Shown here: positions 13,411 through 27,461 of the stretch, piece by piece | Position numbering within the stretch: position 1 is the first letter of the stretch | Layout: the number at the start of each line of letters is the position of its first letter | Assembly: GCF_008831285.2 (NCBI RefSeq) | Contig: NC_045138.2 | Location: 43,028,001 to 43,092,000, forward strand | Source: Nymphaea colorata | Taxonomy: Eukaryota | Reading direction: 5' to 3' | DNA length: 64,000 bases | Made by a program: the position numbers and the translations under genes | Notes under the pieces: model-generated | Told to the model about the DNA's origin: nothing | The model's database searches: none | The model's input: only the letters and a program-made list of their open reading frames with translations

Positions 13411-13909
13411 ATGGGTCGGACATATCTCAGCAATGATGCGGCACTGGAAGCCATGATGAAACGTGAATGGTCACAAATCAAGAGAATGTATGAGGATTAC
13501 ATATCAGGAGGGGCAGTTGGGGGGCCACCTTCTCTACTGGGCGGCTCCCTGCTTCATTTAGCAGTGTGGAGTAACAAGGAGGATCTGCTGTCCAAGATGC
13601 TTGCCCTCACTCCTCCCGCTGCTGCCATATTGGAAATGGGCACCAGTGAGGTCGACAATACCATCCTTCACGAGGCCGTCCATGGCGGCAACAAGCAAAT
13701 GGTTAGAATGATCCTTCAAAAGAAGCGCAGCCTCATCGAGCAGCGCAACCAGCTGGGGGAGACACCCCTGTATACGGCAGCAGCAGTGGGGAATACAGAT
13801 ATAATCGAACTTCTGCATCCCTATGTCCAGGCTTCCTGCAGCAGCACGCTCATCCGACGAAATGACGGCACCACAATCCTCCATGCATCCGTCCATGGCC
13901 TCTTCTTTG
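13411..13909 (+). CDS. Ankyrin-repeat + PGG transmembrane protein (ACD6/ITN1-like family), exon 1
   Basis: ATG at 13411; ankyrin motifs SLLHLAV, NTILHEAV, GETPLYTAA, GTTILHASV; phase-1 donor G|GTCTGC. Confidence 0.9.
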
Positions 13910-14291
13910 GTCTGCAACATCAGTTTCCTTTTGCTTCGTTTCCCTTACAATTACCGTTATCTCAAACCTTAATATAGCTAGTTAGTTCCTGTGCTGTGTG
14001 CCTGACTGGATCAAGAACTGAAACATTGGACAAGCCCCGCATCTGGATACTTGATCACTAAAGATAGTACTGCTATTTTAGCCTGGACGAAATTCCAGCT
14101 CATAGTGAGAGAATTCCAGTATTCCGGCCAAGTAGCCGGAATACCCGGAGGCTTGAAAACCACAGCCTACTTTTAGGAGTGTTTTATGTGGTCAGAGTAG
14201 TAGCGGAATTGCTCCAAGGAAATGGGGATATTGGCTTCTCTGATCCGACGGGGTGTTAACCATGAGTTGATAAGAACCTTTGATTGTGCAG

Positions 14292-14432
14292 GTACTGCAG
14301 TGAAGGTGGCTCAATTGTATCCACATATTATCCATCATCAAGACCAAAAGGGAATGACTGCACTGCATCTGATTGCCAGCTTACCGTCAAAGGTTGACAA
14401 GCGCTCCCTAGTCCCCAAACCTGAGTACAAGG
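14292..14432 (+). CDS. Ankyrin-PGG gene, exon 2
   Basis: TGCAG acceptor; DQKGMTALHLIA ankyrin motif; donor GTAAAT; 141 nt keeps phase 1. Confidence 0.85.
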
Positions 14433-14721
14433 GTAAATAAACACTATGCATGTCATTCCATGTTTGTATTGACTATGGTACATTCAGCGGTGACCTTTCC
14501 GACTCTTAGATTGATCAAGAAAGTAAGATGGTATCCTCCGTTGGATGTGTTTGGTCTTGACGACCAATGTCCGCTACATATTAGAAATTTCTCTTTTCTT
14601 CTCTTTTCAATTTTTGCTTATTAAATTTCCTGCTTCCTTCGTTCCCAAAATGCCCTTTGGTTTAGAAGAAGTCGTTTATCTAATTGTTGCTTGCTGTCAC
14701 TGTGCTGGTTGCTTATGTTAG

Positions 14722-14850
14722 GTTTTGATCGTAGCCCTCGACTGATGAAAGCACTGAAGCAAGAGTACAGCAACAAAGGGGATGCGGAAAGTGGCTTGTG
14801 GCCAAGCAGCCGAAGCAGTAGTATCTTTCGATTTACAAGTGGATACAGTG
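14722..14850 (+). CDS. Ankyrin-PGG gene, exon 3 (linker)
   Basis: TTAG acceptor, GTAAGC donor, 129 nt open in phase 1 (GFDRSPRLMKALKQEYSNKGDAESG...). Supported by splice sites and phase only. Confidence 0.65.
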
Positions 14851-15871
14851 GTAAGCATTTTTAACGGAACAGATATTTTTTTCATGTTCCTCTTTCTTTC
14901 CATATTTATCCGAAACAGTTACTCATATCGATCAAGGATCAGATAATTACGTAGCCCTTGTACCTTTAATTAATAGCTGTCTTGTAAACTAGTCGACTTC
15001 AAAGTGCAAAGAAGACAGGTGATATCCTGAATACAACAGCCTGTTTTTCTTCCTTTTGAATAAGTTCATGGATTCAAATGATGCCCTTGTGTATCCATAG
15101 TTACGAAAAAAGTTTGGGGTGTATAATATGCCGAGCTTGAAAAAAAAAAGAAAAATATTATAAATTTTTTAAAAATTTAAAAACATTAAAAATAAGGGAA
15201 AAATAAAATAAATGAGAACTAATAACATAAAAATCAAAAAAATAAGTAAATAAAAACTGAATAAAAATTTAAAAAATGAAAACAAGGAAACAAGGAAAGG
15301 GGAAAAAACGTGTGGCCCTCTGTTTTGTGTTGAATGTGTTGAACGCTCAATCGTCTGATGGCCCCCAGACACCCAGCACCTCCAGGTCTAATTAACATTT
15401 CAAGCATTATAATATAAAGATTGAGAATGCAGCTATATGCCAGCACGATTGTACATGAACTTCTAGTTCGCTGGAGATGAAAATACAGTTGGCTTTCCTA
15501 AAGTATTTAAAACAAATAAATTAATTTCATTAAGAAAAAATATTCAATTATTTAAGAAATATACCAATTTTTAAATAATAAAATTAGAAACATGAGCTGA
15601 TCCGCTTATAAGTATATAACCTTTCTTATGAAAATCTCTTGCGCTTGACACCATTTCGTGTCATGTGACGAGCATCCCCATTCTTTATATTACGCCTCCA
15701 AATGAGGCCTACCTGGCTACTCTTTGCTAGGATTTCATCGACTACGTCCATATCCATTTCCAATTAGATTTTGGTCGCACACTGAAAACATAAAAGAAAC
15801 TCTCTTTCTTCTTTATTTTCATTTTGTTTCCTTACTTTTATAACCACTCTCCGTTTTTATCAATTTGGAAG

Positions 15872-15916
15872 GTGAGGAAGGACATTACTGCATCGTCCAA
15901 TCCCTGCTAGAGCTAG
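15872..15916 (+). CDS. Ankyrin-PGG gene, exon 4 (45-nt small exon)
   Basis: AAG acceptor after a pyrimidine-rich tract, GTACGC donor, open in phase 1 (GEEGHYCIVQSLLEL). Confidence 0.55.
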
Positions 15917-16192
15917 GTACGCCTGTCACGTTGCTTGAGCTGGTTCGTCCAAGCTATGGTGCGGTAGACCCAATCCAGTGTCCAACAATAACTTGTGAGC
16001 TTACACATGATAATTAAAAACTTGACTGCGTCCACATGACGTGTCACTTCTTTGTATCTTGTTCTAATGAATGAGTAATGTCACCTGCACACAGAAAGGA
16101 GTAAAAACTAAAGGTTAATTATTACAACACAATATTACATGAAATAAAACTAAGTAGTTTTTTTCACTTCGCACATCACGTTTGCTGCATTC

Positions 16193-19100
16193 CGTTAAAC
16201 ATGGAAGTCAGATGTGCAAAGGGAAGATTAAAGGGACACCGCACAGGAGTTATAGAGCAGCAAGGTCGCCTATATCCTCTTTCTCCTCACTCACTGAACT
16301 TTCATCTCATTGAGAAGATTTCATTGATATTTATTGTTTTAAGATCCTAGGATCCTTTTTCAGGATCTGTTTTTGTTACACATTTGTCAAGTTTATCGTA
16401 CAAGAATTTCTATTCCAACCGATGATATTATTTCCTTCTCCAGTGAGATTCTTTCCAACAACATTTATCGAGAGTGAGGTTCACCTTGATTTTTTGTCAA
16501 CTTGCCTCATCTCTTGCTTGACATTTCCCTTCAAACTATTCTCCACTAGATTTAGCCTGATCTGAACTGCCCAAATTTTGTAACTTGAACATCTGGATAG
16601 ACATGCTTCACTTCAATCCTTTCTCTTATGAAATGATAGTTTGTTTCCATGGAAAATAGCGTAGGATGACAAATGTTGCACCCAAATGATCACACAACAG
16701 AGTAGGCTTTTTCGTTGCTTCAACTCCTATCTTGGCAAGCAAATGCTTAACCCATAATAGCTACTGCTCCTACACGAACCTGATATTCCACCTTTCGTGA
16801 TGATCAAGCAACTGTTCTTTGTTTAGAAGAGGCGAAGGTATAATATTTTTCCCATGATAAATAACATAATGTGCAACTGAATGCCTGTCGTCCAGCCTAG
16901 TCAGCATAAGAAAAGACAGTTTAAAGTTAGAACCTTTATCAAAATATGTACTGTACCGAGTTGTTCCTTTAAAATATCTAAATATTCATTTAAACAAAGC
17001 ACCAATATTCTTGTGTTAAACGACATACAAGAACCATTATTGATGTCCATAGTCCAATTACCCTTAGAGATGACCATAGTAGTGACATTTCTTGCTGTTG
17101 TATGCTTGATGATTGGATTGAAGGTCTCAATATAATTTGTTCCTCCTGCTAGCTGTATTTTTTACCAATAAGTCTTGCTTCCTATCATGCCTCCATCCCA
17201 TTATGATTTTTTTTTTATCGCGTAAACCTATTTGCAACCCACAATATTATGGAAATTACTTGGTAGAGCAAGAGTCGACATACGGTTTTATGAAGGGAAG
17301 CTCTCTTTTACCGTTGCCTTTACCCGTTGTAGGTTAGTAAAAGCCATGAAAAAGCCGATCGTTGGGTTCAACATAATCAGGATTTGAACATTGAGCATAA
17401 TCACCATGATTGACGTTAGGAGTACTCTCTTATGCATGTTGTTGCCCGTTGGCGTAGTGATAGTGAACTAATATGTTTTGCATGGCCTAGACAAGTAATT
17501 TTTTAGCAGAACATTTGGGGATGCTTCTTTATCTATTGATGGGGCATTATTAATGAGAGCTTTTGTCAGTTAGCCAAGCCAACACGTCATATTTTGCTTA
17601 ATGAAGGGAATGGTTGTTACTAAAACATGAAATTGTTCCCCATTGAAGATGACACTCTTAGAGATGAACTGTCTTTTAAATAGGTTCATTGCAAATAAAA
17701 CCTAAGTGCCAGACTCCATAACTAAGAGAACACACCCTTTGGATTTAAAACTCATTTTCTTTTTCCTATACACAACCAAGCGAGGATAACAAGCTGAACC
17801 AAAGGTTTTAAATAATCATATGAAGGAGCATGTTTCAGTAACATCTCATAAGGATATTTCCCTCTTAAATTCCTACTTGGCATTCTATTGATAAGAAGAA
17901 CAACCCATCTTAATGCATCAATCCAACAACTGATCTGCAAACTAAATTGAATAAACAATGTCATACCAGTTTCTACCACATGTTGATGCCTTTGCTGAAC
18001 AACTACATTTTATTTTAGAGTGTGAATACACTAAAAACATTGTTCAATACCATTTTTAGCCATGATATGAAAAATATCCACAATGAAAAATTTTGATAGG
18101 AAGTAAACTTACTTTTCCATCATTTTCTTGAAATTAGTAAACAAAAATCTGATTTTAATTTTATAGGAAACTACCATCAACATCTTGAGAAATCATTAAA
18201 AAAAAAAAGCAATGGCACACCTCTCTAGAGACGTGCCATGCAGGTCTTGTAGATCCATATGAATAATTTTTAGAGGAGTTGATGTATGCACTTTATCATG
18301 TGGCAATTGATGCATCGTGCAAACAACATAACTAGAACAAAATAAAACAGTACTAGAGTGCAAATAAATGAGTTTATTTCTCCTTAAAATGCCAGTCCAA
18401 GATGCCTATTCCATGTCTTAACATCATCCTCATTTGTACCAAACACCATAATAGCTGAAGACAGCATACTTGAATCTGCATTCTTGGGAACATCTCATTG
18501 ATAAAAACCTTCTTTGTTTCATCCTCAAACAACATTCTTCTGGTTTGCACATTCTTAAGCAGAAACTTAGGACAGTACTTAAGATAACACCCATTGTCAG
18601 TACCAAAGCTGAGAGTGAATTTTCATTTATTTAAGAACATGCATCACATTCTTAAGAAAAAAAGGAGTGAGTAATGGAATGAAGGATAACTTTATCTATC
18701 CAATGAATAGGAAAATTTGTCCTATTTCCAACATTCACCTTTTGTGGTCAGTTATAATTTGTAAACTCATTTAGAATATCATCATCCTCAGTCATATGGT
18801 GTGAAGCACCGGCATGTAAGTACCATGCTGAATCTTCCTTATTGATGTTCACCCAGGCAGCAAATGCTTTGGGCATGCCAATGCATTCCTTGTGGTATAC
18901 TTTTGGTGACCATAGAACTAACATCCAATGCTTGATTTTCGTTTGGTTGAGGATTGATTTGGTGTAGAATTATTCTCATATAAGCCATGACTGTTATGGT
19001 TTCAATTTGAGGGCCACCAACCATGATCATGTGGGCTACAGCAGTTGTGGCATTTTCTTTCACTAGTCACCCTTTCATTCATCTCCTTAATATGGTTTGT

Positions 19101-20113
19101 GTGTTTTCTTAATTGAGTAATATGTCATATATTCAGAGAATAAAGGTATAGATTTGAAAGTAGTCACCATAATAACCAAATTTTCATATGCAACATGAAG
19201 TTTATTAAAGTTATGAATTATAATATCATGATATTTAATCTCCTATTAATCACACTAAGCAAATTATCCAAAAAGACTTAAGTAATCAATCATTGGTCAA
19301 GAGCCCTTTTTAATATTCTAAAGATCATTTTTAATTTGAAGAATGTGCATTTTTTTTAGAAGTTAAAGATAGTTATAAAGCTAACCATGCTTTTGAAACA
19401 AGAAGCATATGAACCATACAATTTAGCATATCTTCACTTGTAGTGGCCTTTATCCAAGTGAGGGCCAATAAATCAGTACATTTTCGCATCAAAAACTCAG
19501 AATTAGCAACTTTCTTGCCACTCTTGTCAATGGTTTAGCTAGTGCAAGAAGAAAATCATGAACAAACTTAAAAAGATCCTTGGAGAACAGTATCGATTAT
19601 ACATGAGACCACCATAGCATATATCTGGTCTAGCTAATCTTAACCGACACCAGACTGGTGACGATTCCTTTTGAATAGTGGGACTTGCTAATGACATAAC
19701 AAGACTGATTGAAGAAAACAATGCTATTGACAAATGTCATATTACCAGTGTGGCTACCAACAAGGCAAAAATAGAACAAAGATAGCCAAGATGAAATGAT
19801 CAAAATGAGAACATTAGGGTAATAATTTTGATACTATGTTAAACATGGAAATTAGACATGAAAAGAGATTACTTAAAAAGACACACACAAGAATAAAAGG
19901 CGTTTGACAAGATTGTATGCATCCTCTTTCACTTTACTCAAATATCATCTTAATGATGAGATTTCATGGTATATAGTATTTTGATTATATAGGGTCCTTT
20001 GTTTTAGGATATGTGTTTGATTTCCTTCTCCAATGAGATTCCTTCTATTGATCTTTATTGATAGGTGAGGATCTCCTAGAGTTTTGCAAACTTGCCTTGT
20101 CCCTTGCTTCATA
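16193..20113 (-). mobile_element. Old, internally deleted Ty1/Copia LTR retrotransposon in intron 4 of the ankyrin gene
   Basis: Diverged LTRs at 16193-16523 and 19837-20113 (both begin (T/C)GTTAAACATGGAA). Degenerate Met PBS next to 19837, PPT next to 16523, TSD CATTC/CACTC. Remnants: protease WYLHAGASHHMT, integrase LINRMPS...PYEML, RNase H YHFIRE. Confidence 0.85.
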
Positions 20114-21341
20114 CACTCCACATGATCAAATTTGTTTCATAGTCTAAGACATACTTAAATTCTCATTTTTAGTACTAAACATATCAAACCATACCTTCAT
20201 TCATGTGTGCAATACTATTTATTTTATTAAGATTTCTTTAAAGTAATTGAACATATAGACAATAAATTTGAAAATTTATGAAGAAACAAGTGATTTTGCT
20301 TTTCTAGTCATGTTGATTGAATCAATACTAATTATTTAATTACTTAAATATGTTTGTATAGTTGAATAGTTTGTGACTTTACAAAACAAAATAGATAGCA
20401 AACATCTTCTACCTTCTAAACATATATTCAAGGGCCACAAAGTTCACTAAATTAGGGTCCAATGTTTTTCTATATCTAAGGGTTCACATAATGAAAGTGC
20501 AAACATGTTTCTTAATTGTGAAAGCATGAGACACTAAATCACTATTTTATTTGTCATGAAAATCATAAAGAGTGCAACCCCTTTTGAAAAAACTTTAAAC
20601 CGATGATCACTATTTCATAATTCTAATGTGGTGTTCTATGTCATTTATTAGTTGACCATGACCATCGTTAATATATCAAAAGATGTTTTATCATTGATAT
20701 TTTAAGTCATTGCACCCTATTTGTGTTGCTTTGATATCTCAAAGCATGTCTTGCCATATCATAAGCATGACTAAAAGTTGTGCACCTTATTCCAACTAGC
20801 TTCATATAGCATGTGACCAGTCAACTTACATAACAAAATAATCTTAACCTAATTAAGCATAACATAAGTTATCAAATATGATATTGTCTTTTAAAGAAGT
20901 TAACATTGGAAGCTCAAATTTATGCAATCATGTGCTTTGAAAGGTTTTAGATAATATTTCGTGATCGGCTTTGTAGGTTAAGCAAGACTTTTCTTCTTAT
21001 TGTAACGTTTTTCAAATAAGCATATTTCTATTTCAAAGTTTGGGTTTCTTATGAAACTTGAGTGTTTTGCTAAAGTTGTCATAGTAGGCTGCTATACGTG
21101 GAGCCAAGTTGACAGTATCTTCAAACTTTTGATGGCAATATATCTAAACACCTTCCCATGCTGTCATTAGTCTAGTGGCAATTTAGCATCTGTGATTGCC
21201 TAAGTTACTATATCCACTTGCTATACTACGATATATTGCCTTACTTTACCAAGAATAGTTACAAAATGATGACTTTTAAGTCATCAACAGTACATTAATT
21301 TGCATTTATGAAACCAACCATATGCATTACTCCATCATGAT

Positions 21342-21786
21342 TAGGGATGTAAGTAGAACATAATCGAATTGGATTTACTCTTCATCACATTCAATTTTCT
21401 CAAATATTGACATATTTGCATTGAAATCTGGATTCAAATATGAATGAAGAAAAATCTATACCATATACAAATCTAAAATTGAATTCAGATTCTGAGTCTG
21501 GTCAAAATCTGATTTTTTAACATTTGAATTCAAACCCGACTTTTGAACTGAATCCATACCACACTATGGGCATTGGACATATGATATTCATTTAAATCTA
21601 TCTCTGATCCTAGTCTGAAACCAAATGCAATTTGATACTTAAATCGAATTCAATCAGATCACCTTTCTAAATTATGAATCCAATATGACTTCTTAATCTA
21701 GTATCTGATATTCTTTTCCAATATTTGATTCTTTTAAAGCAGTTCGGTTAGATATCAGATCAAAATCCGAATTATTGACATCCCTA
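21342..21786. mobile_element. hAT-type MITE
   Basis: TIR TAGGGATGT...ACATCCCTA; internal AATC(C/T)GA-like repeats; imperfect 8-bp TSD ATCATGAT/ACCATGAA. Confidence 0.8.
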
Positions 21787-22535
21787 ACCATGAAGCTTAG
21801 AGTTGAAGCGGTGATGTTTTTTGGATATCCAATCTTCCTCATCATGGTCATCCATGGCCAGCTCACCAAAAGAAGACCTGTTCAACATCATTTTTATAAC
21901 TTATATTGCTTTAGGGCACATATCTAGCTAAATGTATCACTTTTTAAAATTAAAAATACCATGACGCTCAATTTTTTGGCAATATTTTTAGGTAATGTTT
22001 TTTGATAAAAATTCAATGAAAACTATGCAAATCTACTTGGTTGGCTCTCACAATAGTCGATGTCTATTAAAACATAGATAACATTACAAGGGTTAAGTAT
22101 TCTAACAAATTACGTTTTTTTATTACTTCAAGAATAAAAATTAAAATGTAATAAACACACATACATCCTATTACAAATTCTTGAGCTTAATCAAACTTAG
22201 TTACAACTAAGAAACAAAATAGTTTGGCTTAATACCTTATTCTAAATATTAAATGAGAGCTCAGAATACAAGGTCTTCATTTTTAAGAGCTATAGAAATG
22301 AGATTCACTAGTCTAGCTGCTTGATTTATTGGTCTTTCATGGTTACCTTTGGATTCAAGGGCACAAGGAGGAGTACCCCATTTGCTGCTCAAACCACAGC
22401 ATATGTCTGAAGATCTTGAGAACATTTAATACACCCCCACCCAAGAGAAAACCAAAACAGCCAACCAAGTCCCCACAATCTCACCTTACTAGGTCAACTC
22501 ATATGACTTGGCTATTCTTTTATGGTGGCCATGAG

Positions 22536-22772
22536 TAGGGATGTACAACGAGTCGAGCCAACTTGAGCTTGAGTGAAAACTTGAGTTATAAATGAATCAA
22601 ATCCGAGTTACAAGAGCTGGACTCGTTTAAACTCATACTCAGCTCAACTTATATATTTCTTGTTTGTGAATCTTCAAGGTATGTTGGCAAAGTTTAACAC
22701 CATGTTGCTGCTTTCATTTTCCATTTTCATTTCTCCCGCTTGGTCTCTCTCCCTTTGCCGTTTTTCTTTTTC

Positions 22773-22807
<35 letters not shown>

Positions 22808-23509
22808 AACTCCTTTTTCTTCCTCCTCGCCTTCTCTTTCTCTTGGACTGCAACCACAAGGAGGAATCATGATCTCTCTCTCTTTCTTCTTCTTCTTCTT
22901 CCTCCTCCTTCTCACCTCCCCTCTCTCGCTCTCTCTCTCGAGTTGCAACAGCAAGGATGGATGTACCTTTCTCTCCATTCTTTTTCTTCTTCCTCCTCCT
23001 CCTCCCCCTCTCCTCACCTCATCTATCTCTTGGGCTGCAACAGTAAGGTTGGAGGTACCTTTGTCTCCCTCGTAGAGGATTTCCTCATCCCTCAACCTGG
23101 TCTAGGATTAAGGGTTTTTGAATCTCAAACCCTCGGTTGAGGGTTTTAGAAGTTGATTTTGAGGAGCAGTAAGACTGCACTACAATTTCCTATTGGCAGG
23201 ATAACCCAGTTCTTGAAAGCCAGCAAGTATACAGAGAGGGTCGGCATTGGAGCACCCATTTACCTTGCTCTTGTTCTGAAGTTATAGTAGACATGTTGGA
23301 GCTCACCTGCAGTGCAGCCTATCAGAACAAGAAGGCGAGGATCACTCCTTGCCAATGAGCTTAAACAAGTCGAACTTGAGATTGCAATCGGTTTATTGAG
23401 CCGAGCTCGAGCCTGCACTCGGTCTACTGAATTGAGCTGAGCAATATTTGAGTCGAGCCAAGCTTGAGCTGGCTGACCTCAGGCTCAGGTCGCTCATTAA
23501 ACATTCCTA
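22536..23509. mobile_element. Non-autonomous hAT-type element carrying captured host sequence
   Basis: TIR TAGGGATGT...ACATTCCTA; subterminal GAGCT/CGAGC repeats at both ends; imperfect TSD GCCATGAG/ACCATGAC; internal CT-rich tract and H2A fragment. Confidence 0.8.
23150..23355 (+). pseudogene. H2A: Histone H2A fragment inside the hAT element
   Basis: [63 protein letters not shown], compared with H2A [60 protein letters not shown]. Confidence 0.9.
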
Positions 23510-23519
23510 ACCATGACCA

Positions 23520-25800
23520 TAATAACAATACATTATCTAATGGAAATCAAGATTACCAAAAGTGAAACCTATCTAACTCATGACACCAAAATACAAGAAG
23601 AAACTAGTGCATAAATCAACTAAAACTAAGTTAAGATTTAAATATGAAATGATACAACTGCGAGAAGCATTCCTTATTTCATCTTGTGGATGACAAACCA
23701 AATGACCTCTAAACCAAATAACCTCAAAAATTTTATATAAATGTAATCTAATCTTCTGCCACACCAACAAAGTACATAAATATTGAAACTGAAAAGATCT
23801 CTAAAAGGTATAAAAAAAGAATTCTGATATACATTAAGCCTTATAAAAACCATCTTCTATAAAATAAAAAAAAGTATTCAAATTTCAATAGTAAAGAGCT
23901 AAAGTATCGATATAAAAATACTGAAATTTTGAAAGCAATTAAATTTAAACTAAGAAAACTGCATGAACAATTTCACATCAAAATTTATTAAAACTGTCTT
24001 TTAAAAAATTGTTGTACAACCACAAGAAATATTTAGCTTTGAATGGTAAAGGGATAAAAGTGTCAATATAGACATTCTAAAGAATTATACTAAATTTAAA
24101 CTAAGGAAACTACATAAAAGATTTCTCATAAAAAAGGGTATGGAAATCCCCTGACCTGGAAAAATTCATGGAAGAATAAAAATTCTTATGTTTTATAATG
24201 CCTTGAAATATTCTGCAAAGATGATCTCACAATGATTTTAAGTACAGCACAAAGTAATTCTTTATGCCGTTCTAAAACTAGATTTCCTAAGATTTCCAAC
24301 AAGTATGAGGTAAAAAGTTAACTCTATCTAGAAGATGTCTCACCTAATTTAGTAGAAGAGCAAGTTCTATAGAAATAGGTAGAAAAAACATGCAAGAAGC
24401 TAATCAATTTCAAAATTCCAAACATTGTGAAAACAATTCTCTAAATTCAAATAAAAATTATTCTAAGATTCTAGGCTTCCAAGACTATGAAAAAACATTA
24501 ACAACTTAATAAATAGCTGTTTCATCTTAGATATGAAATTCAATGGCAAGATGATCCATTTCTGCATCTCTATAGAAGAATTTTGAACACTAGATGCTAG
24601 ATTTTGGAATTTAACAAATGACCCTCAAAATGTGAATTTGATTGAGCTCAAGTTCTAATGCAAGTTGTTGGTCATACTGTTGAGATCCCATCCAGACAAG
24701 TTTTGCTTTGAACTAACCTAGGTTCATACCTATAGTATTTGAACTGATTCTACTGGGTTTGGACACCCTAAGCTTCGTCCTCACTGGTCTAGGTTGACTT
24801 AGAAGGTGTGACTTTCTAATTTTGTAGTTTGCCAACTAGAAACTTGTAGGATTGATCAGTTTTTAATATATATGGCAACCAGGGTTAGCAGCCTTTGACC
24901 TCTTACCAAAAGTGAGACCTAACCTAATGTGGGGGACCTTCTATTTTTAATTCCTTGGCCCAAAAGCTACTACTTCGACCATCATAAATTTATGTAACCT
25001 ACTCAAAAACTTACTTAAGACAACAGGTCATAGAATCTAGCTAAAAGACAAGAGGGGAGACTTCAAGAAAAGAAACCTGCCTGTTGCTAGTTTGCTAGAG
25101 TTTTCCAGCTCTAACATGCCTAATCTCACCCATCCTAACTAGCTAATTAATTACTAAATCTGGTACTGACCACACTAAGTAAACCAAACTGAGAATGGAA
25201 AGTAACAAACAGCAACCTAAGTCACCAAACAAGGGCTTAGGAATTCTACTAGCCACAGCACAATGTACCTCCCTCTAGTGCTATTCTTCTAAACTAAGGA
25301 ATTTTGCATTTCATACTAACCTAACAACCAGAATTGTCCTAACGCCTAACTCAAACAACTCACCATTAATCTTAAGTAAGGCCAAATCATGGTCTCTGGT
25401 CGCTGGCCACAATCTGGCCTTTTGGATGACAACACCTACTTCACACAAAGACTAAAACCACAATCTAGAAACATGCTATTTGTCAATGGTAACCTTATCT
25501 TCGCTCAATCAATAAAAGCACCATCGAGCACTAAAATAAAAAAAAATTGTAGTATAAATCAAAACAACCCTACTTTAATTAGCCATAATCTATCTCAGAG
25601 AAAAAATAGAAAAAAATAAGTTACTAAGGATGCTCGGTGGTACTCTGTGGCCAGCTAGCACCCTATGATCAACTGATTTCTGGCCAATACACAACCCTAC
25701 TTCTGGCCACTAACCTAGCCAACGAAAAGTAAGTGAAGCCCTAATTCGAGTAATAGAAAACCAGAATAGATGTATATTCTAGCCAGCTAATGCTAAAATT
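23520..25800 (-). mobile_element. Possible highly degenerate LINE remnant
   Basis: Faint motifs in LINE order: GDLN-like near 24685 and PG..GF...FYEK-like near 24150. No long ORF; boundaries are approximate. Confidence 0.35.
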
Positions 25801-25970
25801 AGCTACCATTCTATTCTAAGCTCCAAAAAAACAACTTTTTTTGCTATTTCTAACACACAAAAAACAGATATATGCAGCTATCACCAGACCTGTACCTATA
25901 CAAAAGTGCTTACATTCAATATAATCATATATTCAAAGGAGATTATTGGAGGAGAATAATCTGTGGTTCA

Positions 25971-27461
25971 CACTACAAAAAACTTTATGTTCACTGACAG
26001 CAAGAAAACACCGGTAAAAGTTAGAAAGCCATCAGCAATAGTTTTACTGCCAGCTGTAAGAACCACAGTATACACAACATTGCTGTAAAATTTGATCAGT
26101 ATTGATGGCATTCTCTGTCAGTAAAACGTCATTATTATTGATAGAAAATACCATCAGTAACAAGGTGACATTTATTGTCCACATAAGAAACCATTAGTAA
26201 ATGTTTAGATAATTACTGACAATGCCGTCGGTAATTAGCTTTATACCGACAAGTGTCTCCCGTCAATAATGATACTCATCACTGACGGTTCTTTTTGTCC
26301 CGTCACTAAAATTTGTATTATTTTTTTAATATTACATTATATTCCATTGAACCCAAATAATGGGAATACAAAAATAAATCATATGATACCAGTATAAAAG
26401 ACAGTAACAATCTAGAAAGAAAAGTTTTATTACATTCAATCTTAATTGCCATCCATCCTATATATTAAGAATTTAAGATAGTACAAGTACAAGTACATGA
26501 CATCACGTTTTATAGAAAACTTCAGCTTTGCACACATCAATAGGGGAGATGAAGAGGCGTGGTCAAACCTACATAGAAGTAAAATTTGTTATAAAAAAAT
26601 GAAGAAGACAGTTGAATATATAATATATACAAGACTTAACTGAATGATCCCGTAAACGTAGCCATGATTTGATTGATACGAACTTCCAGCATATCCACCC
26701 TTGCACATTTAGCCTCTAGCTCAAGCAACCTAGCACTGGTTGCCTTGAGCTCAGATACTCTAAGACATGTTTCTTTAAGCTCATCATATCTTTTACATTT
26801 CTCCTCTAACACAACAAGCTTTCTTTGTAATGTACTGACTTGTTCTTTTAATACTGCATGTTGTGCTTCAAGTTGATACTTGTATGTGCTTTTAATAGAA
26901 AATGGTGAAAGTTTCACACCTAATATTCCCATTGGGCATATCCTACCATGGCTATCATCTCCCATCACCTGGGATAGGACATCACCACTACCAAGTGAAT
27001 CGGATGCTTCCTCGAGCAAAGTAGCTATCTTTTCCTCTAGCTTTTCCCAATGCACTTACGTACATATAAGATTAGTACACAATAATATATCCACATGAAA
27101 AACAATTGAATACAGCAACTTACTATAACTTTGTTGGACTCGGGGTTAAAGTAGTTTGAATTAGTTCTGCTTCGAGTACCGATAAAAACTTCAGCTAGTA
27201 ATATTGAATAAATACTGATAGACATAGGAACCGTCCATATATCCTTCAGGAACACTGACAATGTAATAAACCCATTAGTAATATATAACTTTTGTTCGAC
27301 CGATTGTTTAGTGCCACCAGTAAAAATTAAATATTTCCAACAAGGACATTCTTGATCGATAAAAACTTTGATTTACTGACAAAGTCCACAGGCTGTCTGT
27401 AAAATCAAACTTTTACTGACGATTTGTTTTTCTACCATCAGTAAGTGGTTTTTTTGTAGAA
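25971..27461. mobile_element. CACTA (En/Spm) deletion derivative
   Basis: Starts CACTACAAAAAA, ends TTTTTGTAGAA (decayed GTAGTG), 3-bp TSD TCA/TCA, many ACTGAC/GTCAGT subterminal repeats. Confidence 0.85.
26636..27055 (-). pseudogene. TnpA-like (Ptta/En/Spm) C-terminal exon fragment in the CACTA element
   Basis: DVLSQVMGDDSHGRICPMG resembles the D.LSQVLG.E..GRVRG.G motif and is followed by a coiled-coil-like stretch. Confidence 0.7.

Noticed and set aside
22727..23095. R/E/K-rich and S/L/F-rich ORFs
   Set aside because: Translations of a low-complexity CT-rich tract.
25971..27461. Spaced short repeats suggesting a CRISPR-like array
   Set aside because: Irregular and in both orientations; explained as CACTA subterminal repeats in a eukaryotic sequence.
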